Source of the DNA: Eledone cirrhosa
Taxonomy: Eukaryota
Direction of reading: 5' to 3'
Length of the DNA stretch: 64,000 nt
NCBI GenBank assembly: GCA_964016885.1
Contig: OZ024749.1
Coordinates: 18,786,001-18,850,000 of the forward strand
Position 1 is the stretch's first letter, and each line of letters starts with the position of its first letter. The notes beneath the pieces are model-generated. The model ran no database searches, was not told where the DNA came from, and worked only from the letters and a program-made list of their open reading frames with translations. Of the stretch, positions 39,301-54,300 are shown one piece after another. The position numbers were made by a program, and so were the translations under genes.

Positions 39301-42300
39301 TAGTGATGACAGTGATGACAGTGATGACAGTGATGGTAGTGATGACAGTGATGGCAGTGATGACAGTGATGGTAGTGATGACAGTGATGGCAGTGATGAC
39401 AGTGATGGTAGTGATGACAGTGATGGTAGTGATGACAGTGATGGTAGTGATGACAGTGATGGCAGTGATGGAAGTGATGGTAGTGATGACAGGGATGACA
39501 GTGATGGCCGTGATGACAGTGATGGTAGTGATGACAGTGATGGCAGTGATGGCAGTGATGACAGTGATGACAGTGATGGTAGTGATGACAGTGATGGTAG
39601 TGATGGTACTGATGACAGTGATGTTAGTGATGACAGTGATGACAGTGATGACAGTGATGACAGTGATGGTAGTGATGGTAGTGATGACAGTGATGACAGT
39701 GATGGCAGTGATGACAGTGATGGTAGTGATGACAGTGATGACAGTGATGGCAGTGATGACAGTGATGGTAGTGATGACAGTGATGGCAGTGATGACAGTG
39801 ATGGTAGTGATGGTACTGATGACAGTGATGTTAGTGATGGTACTGATGACAGTGATGTTAGTGATGACAGTGATGACAGTGATGGTAGTGATGACAGTGA
39901 TGACAGTGATGGTAGTGATGACATTGATGACAGTGACGGTAGTGATGACAGTGATGGCAGTGATGACAGTGATGACAGTGATGACAGTGATGGTAGTGAT
40001 GGTAGTGATGGTACTGATGACAGTGATGGCAGTGATGACAGTGATGGTAGTGATGACAGTGATGGCAGTGATGACAGTGATGGTAGTGATGGTACTGATG
40101 ACAGTGATGTTAGTGATGACAGTGATGACAGTGATGACAGTGATGGTAGTGATGACAGTGATGACAGTGATGACAGTGATGGTAGTGATGACAGTGATGA
40201 CAGTGATGGTAGTGATGACAGTGATGGTAGTGATGACAGTGATGGTAGTGATGACAGTGATGACAGTGATGACAGTGATGGTAGTGATGACAGTGATGGT
40301 AGTGATGGCAGTGATGGTAGTGATGACAGTGATGACAGTGATGGTAGTGATGACAGTGATGGTAGTGATGACAGTGATGGTAGTGATGACAGTGATGGCA
40401 GTGATGGTAGTGATGACAGTGATGACAGTGATGACAGTGATGGTAGTGATGGCAGTGATGGCAGTGATGACAGTGATGGTAGTGATGACAGTGATGGTAG
40501 TGATGACAGTGATGGTAGTGATGGTAGTGATGGCAGTGATGGTAGTGATGGCAGTGATGGTAGTGATGGTAGTGATGACAGTGATGGTAGTGATGACAGT
40601 GATGACAGTGATGGTAGTGATGACAGTGATGGCAGTGATGGTAGTGATGACAGTGATGACAGTGATGACAGTGATGGTAGTGATGGTAGTGATGACAGTG
40701 ATGACAGTGATGGCAGTGATGACAGTGATGGTAGTGATGACAGTGATGGCAGTGATGGTAGTGATGACAGTGATGGTAGTGATGACAGTGATGACAGTGA
40801 TGGTAGTGATGGTAGTGATGGTAATGATGACAGTGATGGCAGTGATGACAGTGATGGTAGTGATGACAGTGATGGTAGTGATGACAGTGATGGTAGTGAT
40901 GACAGTGATGACAGTGATGACAGTGATGGTAGTGATGGTAGTGATGGCAGTGATGGTAGTGATGACAGTGATGACAGTGATGGCAGTGATGGCAGTGATG
41001 GTGGTGAAGGTAGTGATGGCAGTGATGACAGTGATGACAGTGATGGTAGTGATGGTACTGATGACAGTGATGGCAGTGATGACAGTGATGACAGTGATGG
41101 TAGTGATGGCAGTGATGACAGTGATGGCAGTGATGGCAGTGATGACAGTGATGGCAATGATGGTAGAGATGGTAGTGATGACAGTGATGGCAGTGATGAC
41201 AGTGATGGTAGTGATGGCAGTGATGGTAGTGATGACAGTGATGGTAGTGATGGCAGTGATGGTAGTGATGACAGTGATGGTAGTGATGACAGTGATGGTA
41301 GTGATGACAGTGATGGTAGTGATGGCAGTGATGACAGTGATGGTAGTGATGGCAGTGATGGTAGTGATGACAGTGATGGTCGTGATGACAGTGATGGTAG
41401 TGATGACAGTGATGACAGTGATGGTAGTGATGACAGTGATGGTAATGATGACAGTGATGACAGTGATGACAGTGATGGCAGTGATGACAGTGATGGTAGT
41501 GATGACAGTGATGGTAGTGATGACAGTGATGACAGTGATGACAGTGATGACAGTGATGGTAGTGATGACAGTGATGACAGTGATGACAGTGATGACAGTG
41601 ATGGTAGTGATGACAGTGATGGTAGTGATGACAGTGATGACAGTGATGGTAATGATGACAGTGATGACAGTGATGACAGTGATGACAGTGATGACAGTGA
41701 TGGCAGTGATGACAGTGATGGTAGTGATGACAGTGATGACAGTGATGGTAGTGATGACAGTGATGACAGTGATGGTAGTGATGACAGTGGTGACAGTGAT
41801 GACAGTGATGGTAGTGAGGACAGTGATGGTAGTGATGGTAGTGATGGCAGTGATGACAGTGATGGTAGTGATGGCAGTGATGATAGTGATGGCAGTGATG
41901 GTAGTGATGACATTGATGACAGTGATGACAGTGATGACAGTGATGACAGTGATGACAGTGATGGTAGTGATGACAGTGATGACAGTGATGGTAGTGATGA
42001 CAGTGATGACAGTGATGGCAGTGATGACAGTGATGGTAGTGATGACAGTGATTACAGTGATGACAGTGATGGCAGTGATGACAGTGATGGTAGTGATGAC
42101 AGTGATGGTAGTGATGATAGTGATGACAGTGATGACAGTGATGGTAGTGATGATAGTGATGACAGTGATGACAGTGATGGCAGTGATGACAGTGATGACA
42201 GTGATGACAGTGATGGTAGTGATGGTAGTGATGACAGTGATGACAGTGATGGCAGTGATGACAGTGATGGTAGTGATGACAGTGATGGCAGTGATGGTAG

Positions 42301-45300
42301 TGATGACAGTGATGGTAGTGATGACAGTGATGACAGTGATGGTAGTGATGGTAGTGATGGTAATGATGACAGTGATGGCAGTGATGACAGTGATGGTAGT
42401 GATGACAGTGATGGTAGTGATGACAGTGATGGTAGTGATGACAGTGATGACAGTGATGACAGTGATGGTAGTGATGGTAGTGATGGCAGTGATGGTAGTG
42501 ATGACAGTGATGACAGTGATGGCAGTGATGGCAGTGATGGTGGTGAAGGTAGTGATGGCAGTGATGACAGTGATGACAGTGATGGTAGTGATGGTACTGA
42601 TGACAGTGATGGCAGTGATGACAGTGATGACAGTGATGGTAGTGATGGCAGTGATGACAGTGATGGCAGTGATGGCAGTGATGACAGTGATGGCAATGAT
42701 GGTAGAGATGGTAGTGATGACAGTGATGGCAGTGATGACAGTGATGGTAGTGATGGCAGTGATGGTAGTGATGACAGTGATGGTAGTGATGACAGTGATG
42801 GTAGTGATGACAGTGATGGTAGTGATGACAGTGATGGTAGTGATGGCAGTGATGACAGTGATGGTAGTGATGGCAGTGATGGTAGTGATGACAGTGATGG
42901 TCGTGATGACAGTGATGGTAGTGATGACAGTGATGACAGTGATGGTAGTGATGACAGTGATGGTAATGATGACAGTGATGACAGTGATGACAGTGATGGC
43001 AGTGATGACAGTGATGGTAGTGATGACAGTGATGGTAGTGATGACAGTGATGACAGTGATGACAGTGATGACAGTGATGGTAGTGATGACAGTGATGACA
43101 GTGATGACAGTGATGACAGTGATGGTAGTGATGACAGTGATGGTAGTGATGACAGTGATGACAGTGATGGTAATGATGACAGTGATGACAGTGATGACAG
43201 TGATGACAGTGATGACAGTGATGGCAGTGATGACAGTGATGGTAGTGATGACAGTGATGACAGTGATGGTAGTGATGACAGTGATGACAGTGATGGTAGT
43301 GATGACAGTGGTGACAGTGATGACAGTGATGGTAGTGAGGACAGTGATGGTAGTGATGGTAGTGATGGCAGTGATGACAGTGATGGTAGTGATGGCAGTG
43401 ATGATAGTGATGGCAGTGATGGTAGTGATGACATTGATGACAGTGATGACAGTGATGACAGTGATGACAGTGATGACAGTGATGGTAGTGATGACAGTGA
43501 TGACAGTGATGGTAGTGATGACAGTGATGACAGTGATGGCAGTGATGACAGTGATGGTAGTGATGACAGTGATTACAGTGATGACAGTGATGGCAGTGAT
43601 GACAGTGATGGTAGTGATGACAGTGATGGTAGTGATGATAGTGATGACAGTGATGACAGTGATGGTAGTGATGATAGTGATGACAGTGATGACAGTGATG
43701 GCAGTGATGACAGTGATGACAGTGATGACAGTGATGGTAGTGATGACATTGATGACAGTGATGACAGTGATGGCAGTGATGGAAGTGATGGTAGTGATGA
43801 CAGTGATGACAGTGATGGCAGTGATGACAGTGATGGTAGTGATGGTAGTGATGACAGTGATGGTAGTGATGACAGTGATGGCAGTGATGGAAGTGATGGT
43901 AGTGATGACAGTGATGACATTGATGGCAGTGATGACAGTGATGGTAGTGATGACAGTGATGGTAGTGATGACAGTGATGGCAGTGATGACAGTGATGTTA
44001 GTGATGACAGTGATGGTAGTGATGACAGTGATGGCAGTGATGACAGTGATGGTAGTGATGACAGTGATGGTAGTGATGACAGTGATGGTAGTGATGGTAT
44101 TGATGACAGTGATGGTAGTGATGACAGTGATGACACTGATGACAGTGATGGCAGTGATGACAGTGATGGCAGTGATGACAGTGATGGCAGTGATGACAGT
44201 GATGACAGTGATGGTAGTGATGACAGTGATGACAGTGATGGTAGTGATGACAGTGATGGCAGTGATGACAGTGATGGTAGTGATGACAGTGATGGTAGTG
44301 ATGACAGTGATGGCAGTGATGGTAGTGATGACAGTGATGAGTGATGACAGTGATTACAGTGATGGCAGTGATAGCAGTGATGGCAGTGATGGCAGTAATG
44401 GCAGTGATGACAGTGATGACAGTGATGGCAGTGATGGCAGTGATGACAGTGATGGTAGTGATGGTAGTGATTGTACTGATGACAGTGATGGCAGTGATGA
44501 CAGTGATGGTAGTGATGACAGTGATGGCAGTGATGACAGTGATGGTAGTGATGACAGTGATGACAGTGATGGCAGTGATGGCAGTGATGACAGTGATGAC
44601 AGTGATGGCAGTGATGGCAGTGATGACAGTGATGGTAGTGATGACAGTGATGACATTGATGACAGTGATGACAGTGATGGTAGTGATGACAGTGATGACA
44701 GTGATGGCAGTGATGGCAGTGATGACAGTGATGACAGTGATGGCAGTGATGGCAGTGATGACAGTGATGGTAGTGATGACAGTGATGTTAGTGATGACAG
44801 TGATGACAGTGATGGTAGTGATGACAGTGATGACAGTGATGGCAGTGATGGCAGTGATGACAGTGATGGTAGTGATGACAGTGATGGTAGTGATGACATT
44901 GATGACAGTGACGGTAGTGATGACAGTGATGGCAGTGATGACAGTGATGACAGTGATGACAGTGATGGTAGTGATGGTACTGATGACAGTGATGTTAGTG
45001 ATGACAGTGATGACAGTGATGACAGTGATGGTAGTGATGACAGTGATGACAGTGATGGCAGTGATGGCAGTGATGGTAGTGATGACAGTGATGGTAGTGA
45101 TGGTAGTGATGGCAGTGATGGTAGTGATGACAGTGATGGTAGTGATGGCAGTGATGGTAGTGATGACAGTGATGGTAGTGATGACAGTGATGGCAGTGAT
45201 GGTAGTGATGACAGTGATGACAGTGATGGTAGTGATGGTAGTGATGGCAGTGATGACAGTGATGACAGTGATGGTAGTGATGACAGTGATGGTAGTGATG

Positions 45301-48300
45301 ACAGTGATGACAGTGATGGCAGTGATGACAGTGATGGTAGTGATGACAGTGATGGCAGTGATGGTAGTGATGACAGTGATGGTAGTGATGACAGTGATGA
45401 CAGTGATGGTAGTGATGGTAGTGATGGAAGTGATGACAGTGATGGCAGTGATGACAGTGATGGTAGTGATGACAGTGATGGTAGTGATGACAGTGAAGGT
45501 AGTGATGGTAGTGATGACAGTGATGACAGTGATGACAGTGATGGTAGTGATGGTAGTGATGGCAGTGATGGTAGTGATGACAGTGATGGTAGTGATGACA
45601 GTGATGGTATTGAAGGTAGTGATGGTACTGATGACAGTGATGGCAGTGATGGTAGTGATGGCAGTGATGACAGTGATGACAGTGATGGCAGTGATGATAG
45701 TGATGGTAGTGATGGCAGTGATGGTAGTGATGACAGTGATGACAGTGATGACAGTGATGGCAGTGATGACAGTGATGGCAGTGATGGCAGTGATGGTAGT
45801 GATGACAGTGATGGCAGTGATGACAGTGATGGTAGTGATGGCAGTGATGGTAGTGATGACAGTGATGGTAGTGATGGCAGTGATGGTAGGGATGACAGTG
45901 ATGGTAGTGATGGCAGTGATGACAGTGATGGTAGTGATGGCAGTGATGGTAGTGATGACAGTGATGGTCGTGATGACAGTGATCGTAGTGATGACAGTGA
46001 TGACAGTGATGGTAGTGATGACAGTGATGACAGTGATGGTAATGATGACAGCGATGACAGTGATGACAGTGATGGCAGTGATGACAGTGATGGTAGTGAT
46101 GACAGTGATGGTAGTGATGACAGTGATGACAGTGATGGCAGTGATGACAGTGATGGTAGTGATGACAGTGATGGCAGTGATGACAGTGATGGTAGTGATG
46201 ACAGTGATGGTAGTGATGACAGTGATGGCAGTGATGACAGTGATGGTAGTGATGACAGTGATGGCAGTGATGACAGTGATGGTAGTGATGACAGTGATGA
46301 CAGTGATGGTAGTGATGACAGTGGTGACAGTGATGACAGTGATGGTAGTGAGGACAGTGATGGTAGTGATGGTAGTGATGGCAGTGATGACAGTGATGGT
46401 AGTGATGGCAGTGATGACAGTGATGATAGTGATGGCAGTGATGACAGTGATGGTAGTGATGACAGTGGTGACAGTGATGACAGTGATGGTAGTGAGGACA
46501 GTGATGGTAGTGATGGTAGTGATGGCAGTGATGACAGTGATGGTAGTGATGGCAGTGATGACAGTGATGATAGTGATGGCAGTGATGGTAGTGATGACAT
46601 TGATGACAGTGATGACAGTGATGACTGTGATGACAGTGATGGTAGTGATGACAGTGATGACAGTGATGGTAGTGATGACAGTGATGACAGTGATGGCAGT
46701 GATGGTAGTGATGACAGTGATGACAGTGATGGTAGTGATGGTAGTGATGGCAGTGATGACAGTGATGGTAGTAATGACAGTGATGGTAGTGATGACAGTG
46801 ATGGTAGTGATGGTAGTGATGACAGTGATGACAGTGATGGCAGTGATGACAGTGATGACAGTGATGGTAGTGATGACAATGATGGCAGTGATGGTAGTGA
46901 TGACAGTGATGGTAGTGATGACAGTGATGGTAGTGATGGTAGTGATGGAAGTGATGACAGTGATGGCAGTGATGACAGTGATGGTAGTGATGACAGTGAT
47001 GGTAGTGATGACAGTGAAGGTAGTGATGGTAGTGATGACAGTGATGACAGTGATGACAGTGATGGTAGTGATGGTAGTGATGGCAGTGATGGTAGTGATG
47101 ACAGTGATGGCAGTGATGATAGTGATGGTAGTGATGGCAGTGATGGTAGTGATGACAGTGATGACAGTGATGGCAGTGATGACAGTGATGGCAGTGATGG
47201 CAGTGATGGCAGTGATGGTAGTGATGACAGTGATGGCAGTGATGACAGTGATGGTAGTGATGGCAGTGATGGTAGTGATGACAGTGATGGTAGTGATGGC
47301 AGTGATGGTAGGGATGACAGTGATGGTAGTGATGGCAGTGATGACAGTGATGGTAGTGATGGCAGTGATGGTAGTGATGACAGTGATGGTCGTGATGACA
47401 GTGATCGTAGTGATGACAGTGATGACAGTGATGGTAGTGATGACAGTGATGACAGTGATGGTAATGATGACAGCGATGACAGTGATGACAGTGATGGCAG
47501 TGATGACAGTGATGGTAGTGATGACAGTGATGGTAGTGATGACAGTGATGGCAGTGATGACAGTGATGGTAGTGATGACAGTGATGGCAGTGATGACAGT
47601 GATGGTAGTGATGACAGTGATGGTAGTGATGACAGTGATGACAGTGATGGCAGTGATGACAGTGATGGTAGTGATGACAGTGATGACAGTGATGGCAGTG
47701 ATGACAGTGATGGTAGTGATGACAGTGATGACAGTGATGGTAGTGATGACAGTGGTGACAGTGATGACAGTGATGGTAGTGAGGACAGTGATGGTAGTGA
47801 TGGTAGTGATGGCAGTGATGACAGTGATGGTAGTGATGGCAGTGATGACAGTGATGATAGTGATGGCAGTGATGGTAGTGATGACATTGATGACAGTGAT
47901 GACAGTGATGACTGTGATGACAGTGATGGTAGTGATGACAGTGATGACAGTGATGGTAGTGATGACAGTGATGACAGTGATGGCAGTGATGACAGTGATG
48001 GTAGTGATGACAGTGATTACAGTGATGACAGTGATGGCAGTGATGACAGTGATGGTAGTGATGACAGTGATGTTAGTGATGACAGTGATGGTAGTGATGA
48101 CAGTGATGACAGTGATGACAGTGATGACAGTGATGGTAGTGATGACATTTATGACAGTGATGGCAGTGATGGAAGTGATGGTAGTGATGACAGTGATGGC
48201 AGTGATGGCAGTGATGACAGTGATGGTAGTGATGACAGTGATGACAGTGATGGTAGTGATGGCAGTGATGACAGTGATGACAGTGATGGTAGTGATGACA

Positions 48301-51300
48301 GTGATGACAGTGATGAGAGTGATGGTAGTGATGACAGTGATGGTAGTGATGACAGTGATGACAGTGATGACAGTGATGGTAGTGATGACAGTGATGACAG
48401 TGATGGCAGTGATGACAGTGATGGTAGTGATGACAGTGATGGTAGTGATGACAGTGATGGTAGTGATGACAGTGATGGCAGTGATGGAAGTGATGGTAGT
48501 GATGACAGTGATGACAGTGATGGCAGTGATGACAGTGATGGTAGTGATGACAGTGATGGCAGTGATGGCAGTGATGACAGTGATGGTAGTGATGGTAGTG
48601 ATGACAGTGATGGTAGTGATGACATTGATGGTAGTGATGGTACTGATGACAGTGATGTTAGTGATGACAGTGATGGTAGTGATGACAGTGATGGTAGTGA
48701 TGACAGTGATGGTAGTGATGGTAGTGATGGCAGTGATGGTAGTGATGACAGTGATGGTAGTGATGGCAGTGATGGTAGTGATGACAGTGATGGTAGTGAT
48801 GACAGTGATGGCAGTGATGGTAGTGATGACAGTGATGACAGTGATGGTAGTGATGGTAGTGATGACAGTGATGACAGTGATGGTAGTGATGGTAGTGATG
48901 ACAGTGATGACAGTGATGGCAGTGATGACAGTGATGACAGTGATGGTAGTGATGACAGTGATGGCAGTGATGGTAGTGATGACAGTGATGGTAGTGATGA
49001 CAGTGATGACAGTGATGGAAGTGATGACAGTGATGGCAGTGATGACAGTGATGGTAGTGATGACAGTGATGGTAGTGATGACAGTGAAGGTAGTGATGGT
49101 AGTGATGACAGTGATGACAGTGATGACAGTGATGGTAGTGATGGTAGTGATGGCAGTGATGGTAGTGATGACAGTGATGACAGTGATGGCAGTGATGATA
49201 GTGATGGTAGTGATGACAGTGATGACAGTGATGGTATTGAAGGTAGTGATGGTACTGATGACAGTGATGGCAGTGATGACAGTGATGGTAGTGATGGCAG
49301 TGATGACAGTGATGACAGTGATGGCAGTGATGATAGTGATGGTAGTGATGGCAGTGATGGTAGTGATGACAGTGATGACAGTGATGACAGTGATGGCAGT
49401 GATGACAGTGATGCCAGTGATGGCAGTGATGGTAGTGATGACAGTGATGGCAGTGATGACAGTGATGGTAGTGATGGCAGTGATGGTAGTGATGACAGTG
49501 ATGGTAGTGATGGCAGTGATGGTAGGGATGACAGTGATGGTAGTGATGGCAGTGATGACAGTGATGGTAGTGATGGCAGTGATGGTAGTGATGACAGTGA
49601 TGGTCGTGATGACAGTGATCGTAGTGATGACAGTGATGACAGTGATGGTAGTGATGACAGTGATGACAGTGATGGTAATGATGACAGCGATGACAGTGAT
49701 GACAGTGATGGCAGTGATGACAGTGATGGTAGTGATGACAGTGATGACAGTGATGGCAGTGATGACAGTGATGGTAGTGATGACAGTGATGGCAGTGATG
49801 ACAGTGATGGTAGTGATGACAGTGATGGTAGTGATGACAGTGATGACAGTGATGGCAGTGATGACAGTGATGGTAGTGATGACAGTGATGACAGTGATGG
49901 CAGTGATGACAGTGATGGTAGTGATGACAGTGATGACAGTGATGGTAGTGATGACAGTGGTGACAGTGATGACAGTGATGGTAGTGAGGACAGTGATGAC
50001 AGTGATGGTAGTGATGGCAGTGATGATAGTGATGGCAGTGATGGTAGTGATGACATTGATGACAGTGATGACAGTGATGACTGTGATGACAGTGATGGTA
50101 GTGATGACAGTGATGACAGTGATGGTAGTGATGACAGTGATGACAGTGATGGCAGTGATGACAGTGATGGTAGTGATGACAGTGATTACAGTGATGGCAG
50201 TGATGACAGTGATGGTAGTGATGACAGTGATGTTAGTGATGACAGTGATGGTAGTGATGACAGTGATGACAGTGATGACAGTGATGGTAGTGATGACATT
50301 TATGACAGTGATGGCAGTGATGGAAGTGATGGTAGTGATGACAGTGATGGCAGTGATGGCAGTGATGACAGTGATGACAGTGATGGTAGTGATGACAGTG
50401 ATGACAGTGATGGTAGTGATGGCAGTGATGACAGTGATGGTAGTGATGACAGTGATGACAGTGATGACAGTGATGAGAGTGATGACAGTGATGGTAGTGA
50501 TGACAGTGATGGTAGTGATGACAGTGATGACAGTGATGACAGTGATGGCAGTGATGGCAGTGATGACAGTGATGGTAGTGATGACAGTGATGGTAGTGAT
50601 GACAGTGATGGTAGTGATGACAGTGATGGCAGTGATGGAAGTGATGGTAGTGATGACAGTGATGGCAGTGATGACAGTGATGGTAGTGATGACAGTGATG
50701 GCAGTGATGGCAGTGATGACAGTGATGGTAGTGATGGTAGTGATGACAGTGATGGTAGTGATGACATTGATGGTAGTGATGGTACTGATGACAGTGATGT
50801 TAGTGATGACAGTGATGACAGTGATGACAGTGATGGTAGTGATGACAGTGATGGTAGTGATGACAGTGATGACAGTGATGGCAGTGATGACAGTGATGGT
50901 AGTGATGACAGTGATGACAGTGATGGCAGTGATGACAGTGATGGTAGTGATGGTAGTGATGACAGTGATGGCAGTGATGACAGTGATGGTAGTGATGGTA
51001 CTGATGACAGTGATGGTACTGATGACAGTGATGTTAGTGATGACAGTGATGACAGTGATGGTAGTGATGACAGTGATGACAGTGATGGTAGTGATGACAG
51101 TGATGGTAGTGATGACATTGATGACAGTGACGGTAGTGATGACAGTGATGACAGTGATGGTAGTGATGGTAGTGATGGTACTGATGACAGTGATGGCAGT
51201 GATGACAGTGATGGTACTGATGACAGTGATGGCAGTGATGACAGTGATGGTAGTGATGACAGTGATGGCAGTGATGACAGTGATGGTAGTGATGGTACTG

Positions 51301-54300
51301 ATGACAGTGATGTTAGTGATGACAGTGATGACAGTGATGACAGTGATGGTAGTGATGACAGTGATGACAGTGATGGTAGTGATGACAGTGATGACAGTGA
51401 TGGTAGTGATGACAGTGATGGTAGTGATGACAGTGATGGTAGTGATGACAGTGATGACAGTGATGACAGTGATGGTAGTGATGACAGTGATGGTAGTGAT
51501 GGCAGTGATGGTAGTGATGACAGTGATGACAGTGATGGTAGTGATGACAGTGATGACAGTGATGGTAGTGATGACAGTGATGGCAGTGATGACAGTGATG
51601 ACAGTGATGACAGTGATGGTAGTGATGGCAGTGATGGCAGTGATGACAGTGATGGTAGTGATGACAGTGATGGTAGTGATGACAGTGATGACAGTGATGA
51701 CAGTGATGGTAGTGATGACAGTGATGGTAGTGATGGCAGTGATGGTAGTTATGACAGTGATGACAGTGATGGTAGTGATGACAGTGATGACAGTGATGGT
51801 AGTGATGACAGTGATGGCAGTGATGGTAGTGATGACAGTGATGACAGTGATGACAGTGATGGTAGTGATGGTAGTGATGGCAGTGATGACAGTGATGGTA
51901 GTAATGACAGTGATGGTAGTGATGACAGTGATGGTAGTGATGGTAGTGATGACAGTGATGACAGTGATGACAGTGATGGCAGTGATGACAGTGATGGTAG
52001 TGATGACAGTGATGGCAGTGATGGTAGTGATGGTAGTGATGACAGTGATGACAGTGATGGTAGTGATGGTAGTGATGGTAATGATGACAGTGATGGCAGT
52101 GATGACAGTGATGGTAGTGATGACAGTGATGGTAGTGATGACAGTGATGGTAGTGATGACAGTGATGACAGTGATGACAGTGATGGTAGTGATGGTAGTG
52201 ATGGCAGTGATGGTAGTGATGACAGTGATGACAGTGATGGCAGTGATGACAGTGATGGTGGTGAAGGTAGTGATGGTACTGATGACAGTGATGTTAGTGA
52301 TGACAGTGATGACAGTGATGACAGTGATGGTAGTGATGACAGTGATGACAGTGATGGTAGTGATGACAGTGATGGTAGTGATGACATTGATGACAGTGAC
52401 GGTAGTGATGACAGTGATGGCAGTGATGACAGTGATGACAGTGATGGTAGTGATGGTAGTGATGGTACTGATGACAGTGATGGCAGTGATGACAGTGATG
52501 GTAGTGATGACAGTGATGGCAGTGATGACAGTGATGGTAGTGATGGTACTGATGACAGTGATGTTAGTGATGACAGTGATGACAGTGATGACAGTGATGG
52601 TAGTGATGACAGTGATGACAGTGATGACAGTGATGGTAGTGATGACAGTGATGACAGTGATGGTAGTGATGACAGTGATGGTAGTGATGACAGTGATGGT
52701 AGTGATGACAGTGATGACAGTGATGACAGTGATGGTAGTGATGACAGTGATGGTAGTGATGGCAGTGATGGTAGTGATGACAGTGATGACAGTGATGGTA
52801 GTGATGACAGTGATGGTAGTGATGACAGTGATGACAGTGATGGTAGTGATGACAGTGATGGCAGTGATGGTAGTGATGACAGTGATGACAGTGATGACAG
52901 TGATGGTAGTGATGGCAGTGATGGCAGTGATGACAGTGATGGTAGTGATGACAGTGATGGTAGTGATGACAGTGATGACAGTGATGACAGTGATGGTAGT
53001 GATGACAGTGATGGTAGTGATGGCAGTGATGGTAGTGATGACAGTGATGACAGTGATGGTAGTGATGACAGTGATGGTAGTGATGACAGTGATGACAGTG
53101 ATGGTAGTGATGACAGTGATGGCAGTGATGGTAGTGATGACAGTGATGACAGTGATGGTAGTGATGGTAGTGATGGCAGTGATGACAGTGATGGTAGTAA
53201 TGACAGTGATGGTAGTGATGACAGTGATGGTAGTGATGGTAGTGATGACAGTGATGACAGTGATGGCAGTGATGACAGTGATGGTAGTGATGACAGTGAT
53301 GGCAGTGATGGTAGTGATGACAGTGATGGTAGTGATGACAGTGATGACAGTGATGGTAGTGATGGTAATGATGACAGTGATGGCAGTGATGACAGTGATG
53401 GTAGTGATGACAGTGATGGTAGTGATGACAGTGATGGTAGTGATGGTAGTGATGACAGTGATGACAGTGATGACAGTGATGGTAGTGATGGCAGTGATGG
53501 TAGTGATGACAGTGATGACAGTGATGACAGTGATGGTGGTGAAGGTAGTGATGGCAGTGATGACAGTGATGACAGTGATGGTAGTGATGGTACTGATGAC
53601 AGTGATGGCAGTGATGACAGTGATGACAGTGATGGTAGTGATGGCAGTGATGACAGTGATGGCAGTGATGGCAGTGATGACAGTGATGGCAATGATGGTA
53701 GAGATGGTAGTGATGACAGTGATGGCAGTGATGACAGTGATGGTAGTGATGGTAGTGATGACAGTGATGGTAGTGATGGCAGTGATGGTAGTGATGACAG
53801 TGATGGTAGTGATGACAGTGATGGTAGTGATGACAGTGATGGTAGTGATGACAGTGATGGTAGTGATGGCAGTGATGACAGTGATGACAGTGATGGCAGT
53901 GATGACAGTGATGGTAGTGATGACAGTGATGGTAGTGATGACAGTGATGACAGTGATGGTAATGATGACAGTGATGACAGTGATGACAGTGATGGCAGTG
54001 ATGGTAGTGATGACAGTGATGGTAGTGATGACAGTGATGACAGTGATGACAGTGATGGTAGTGATGACAGTGATGACAGTGATGACAGTGATGACAGTGA
54101 TGGTAGTGATGACAGTGATGGTAGTGATGACAGTGATGACAGTGATGGTAATGATGACAGTGATGACAGTGATGACAGTGATGGCAGTGATGACAGTGAT
54201 GGATGACAGTGATGGTAGTGATGACAGTGATGACAGTGATGGCAGTGATGACAGTGATGGTAGTGATGACAGTGATGACAGTGATGGCAGTGATGACAGT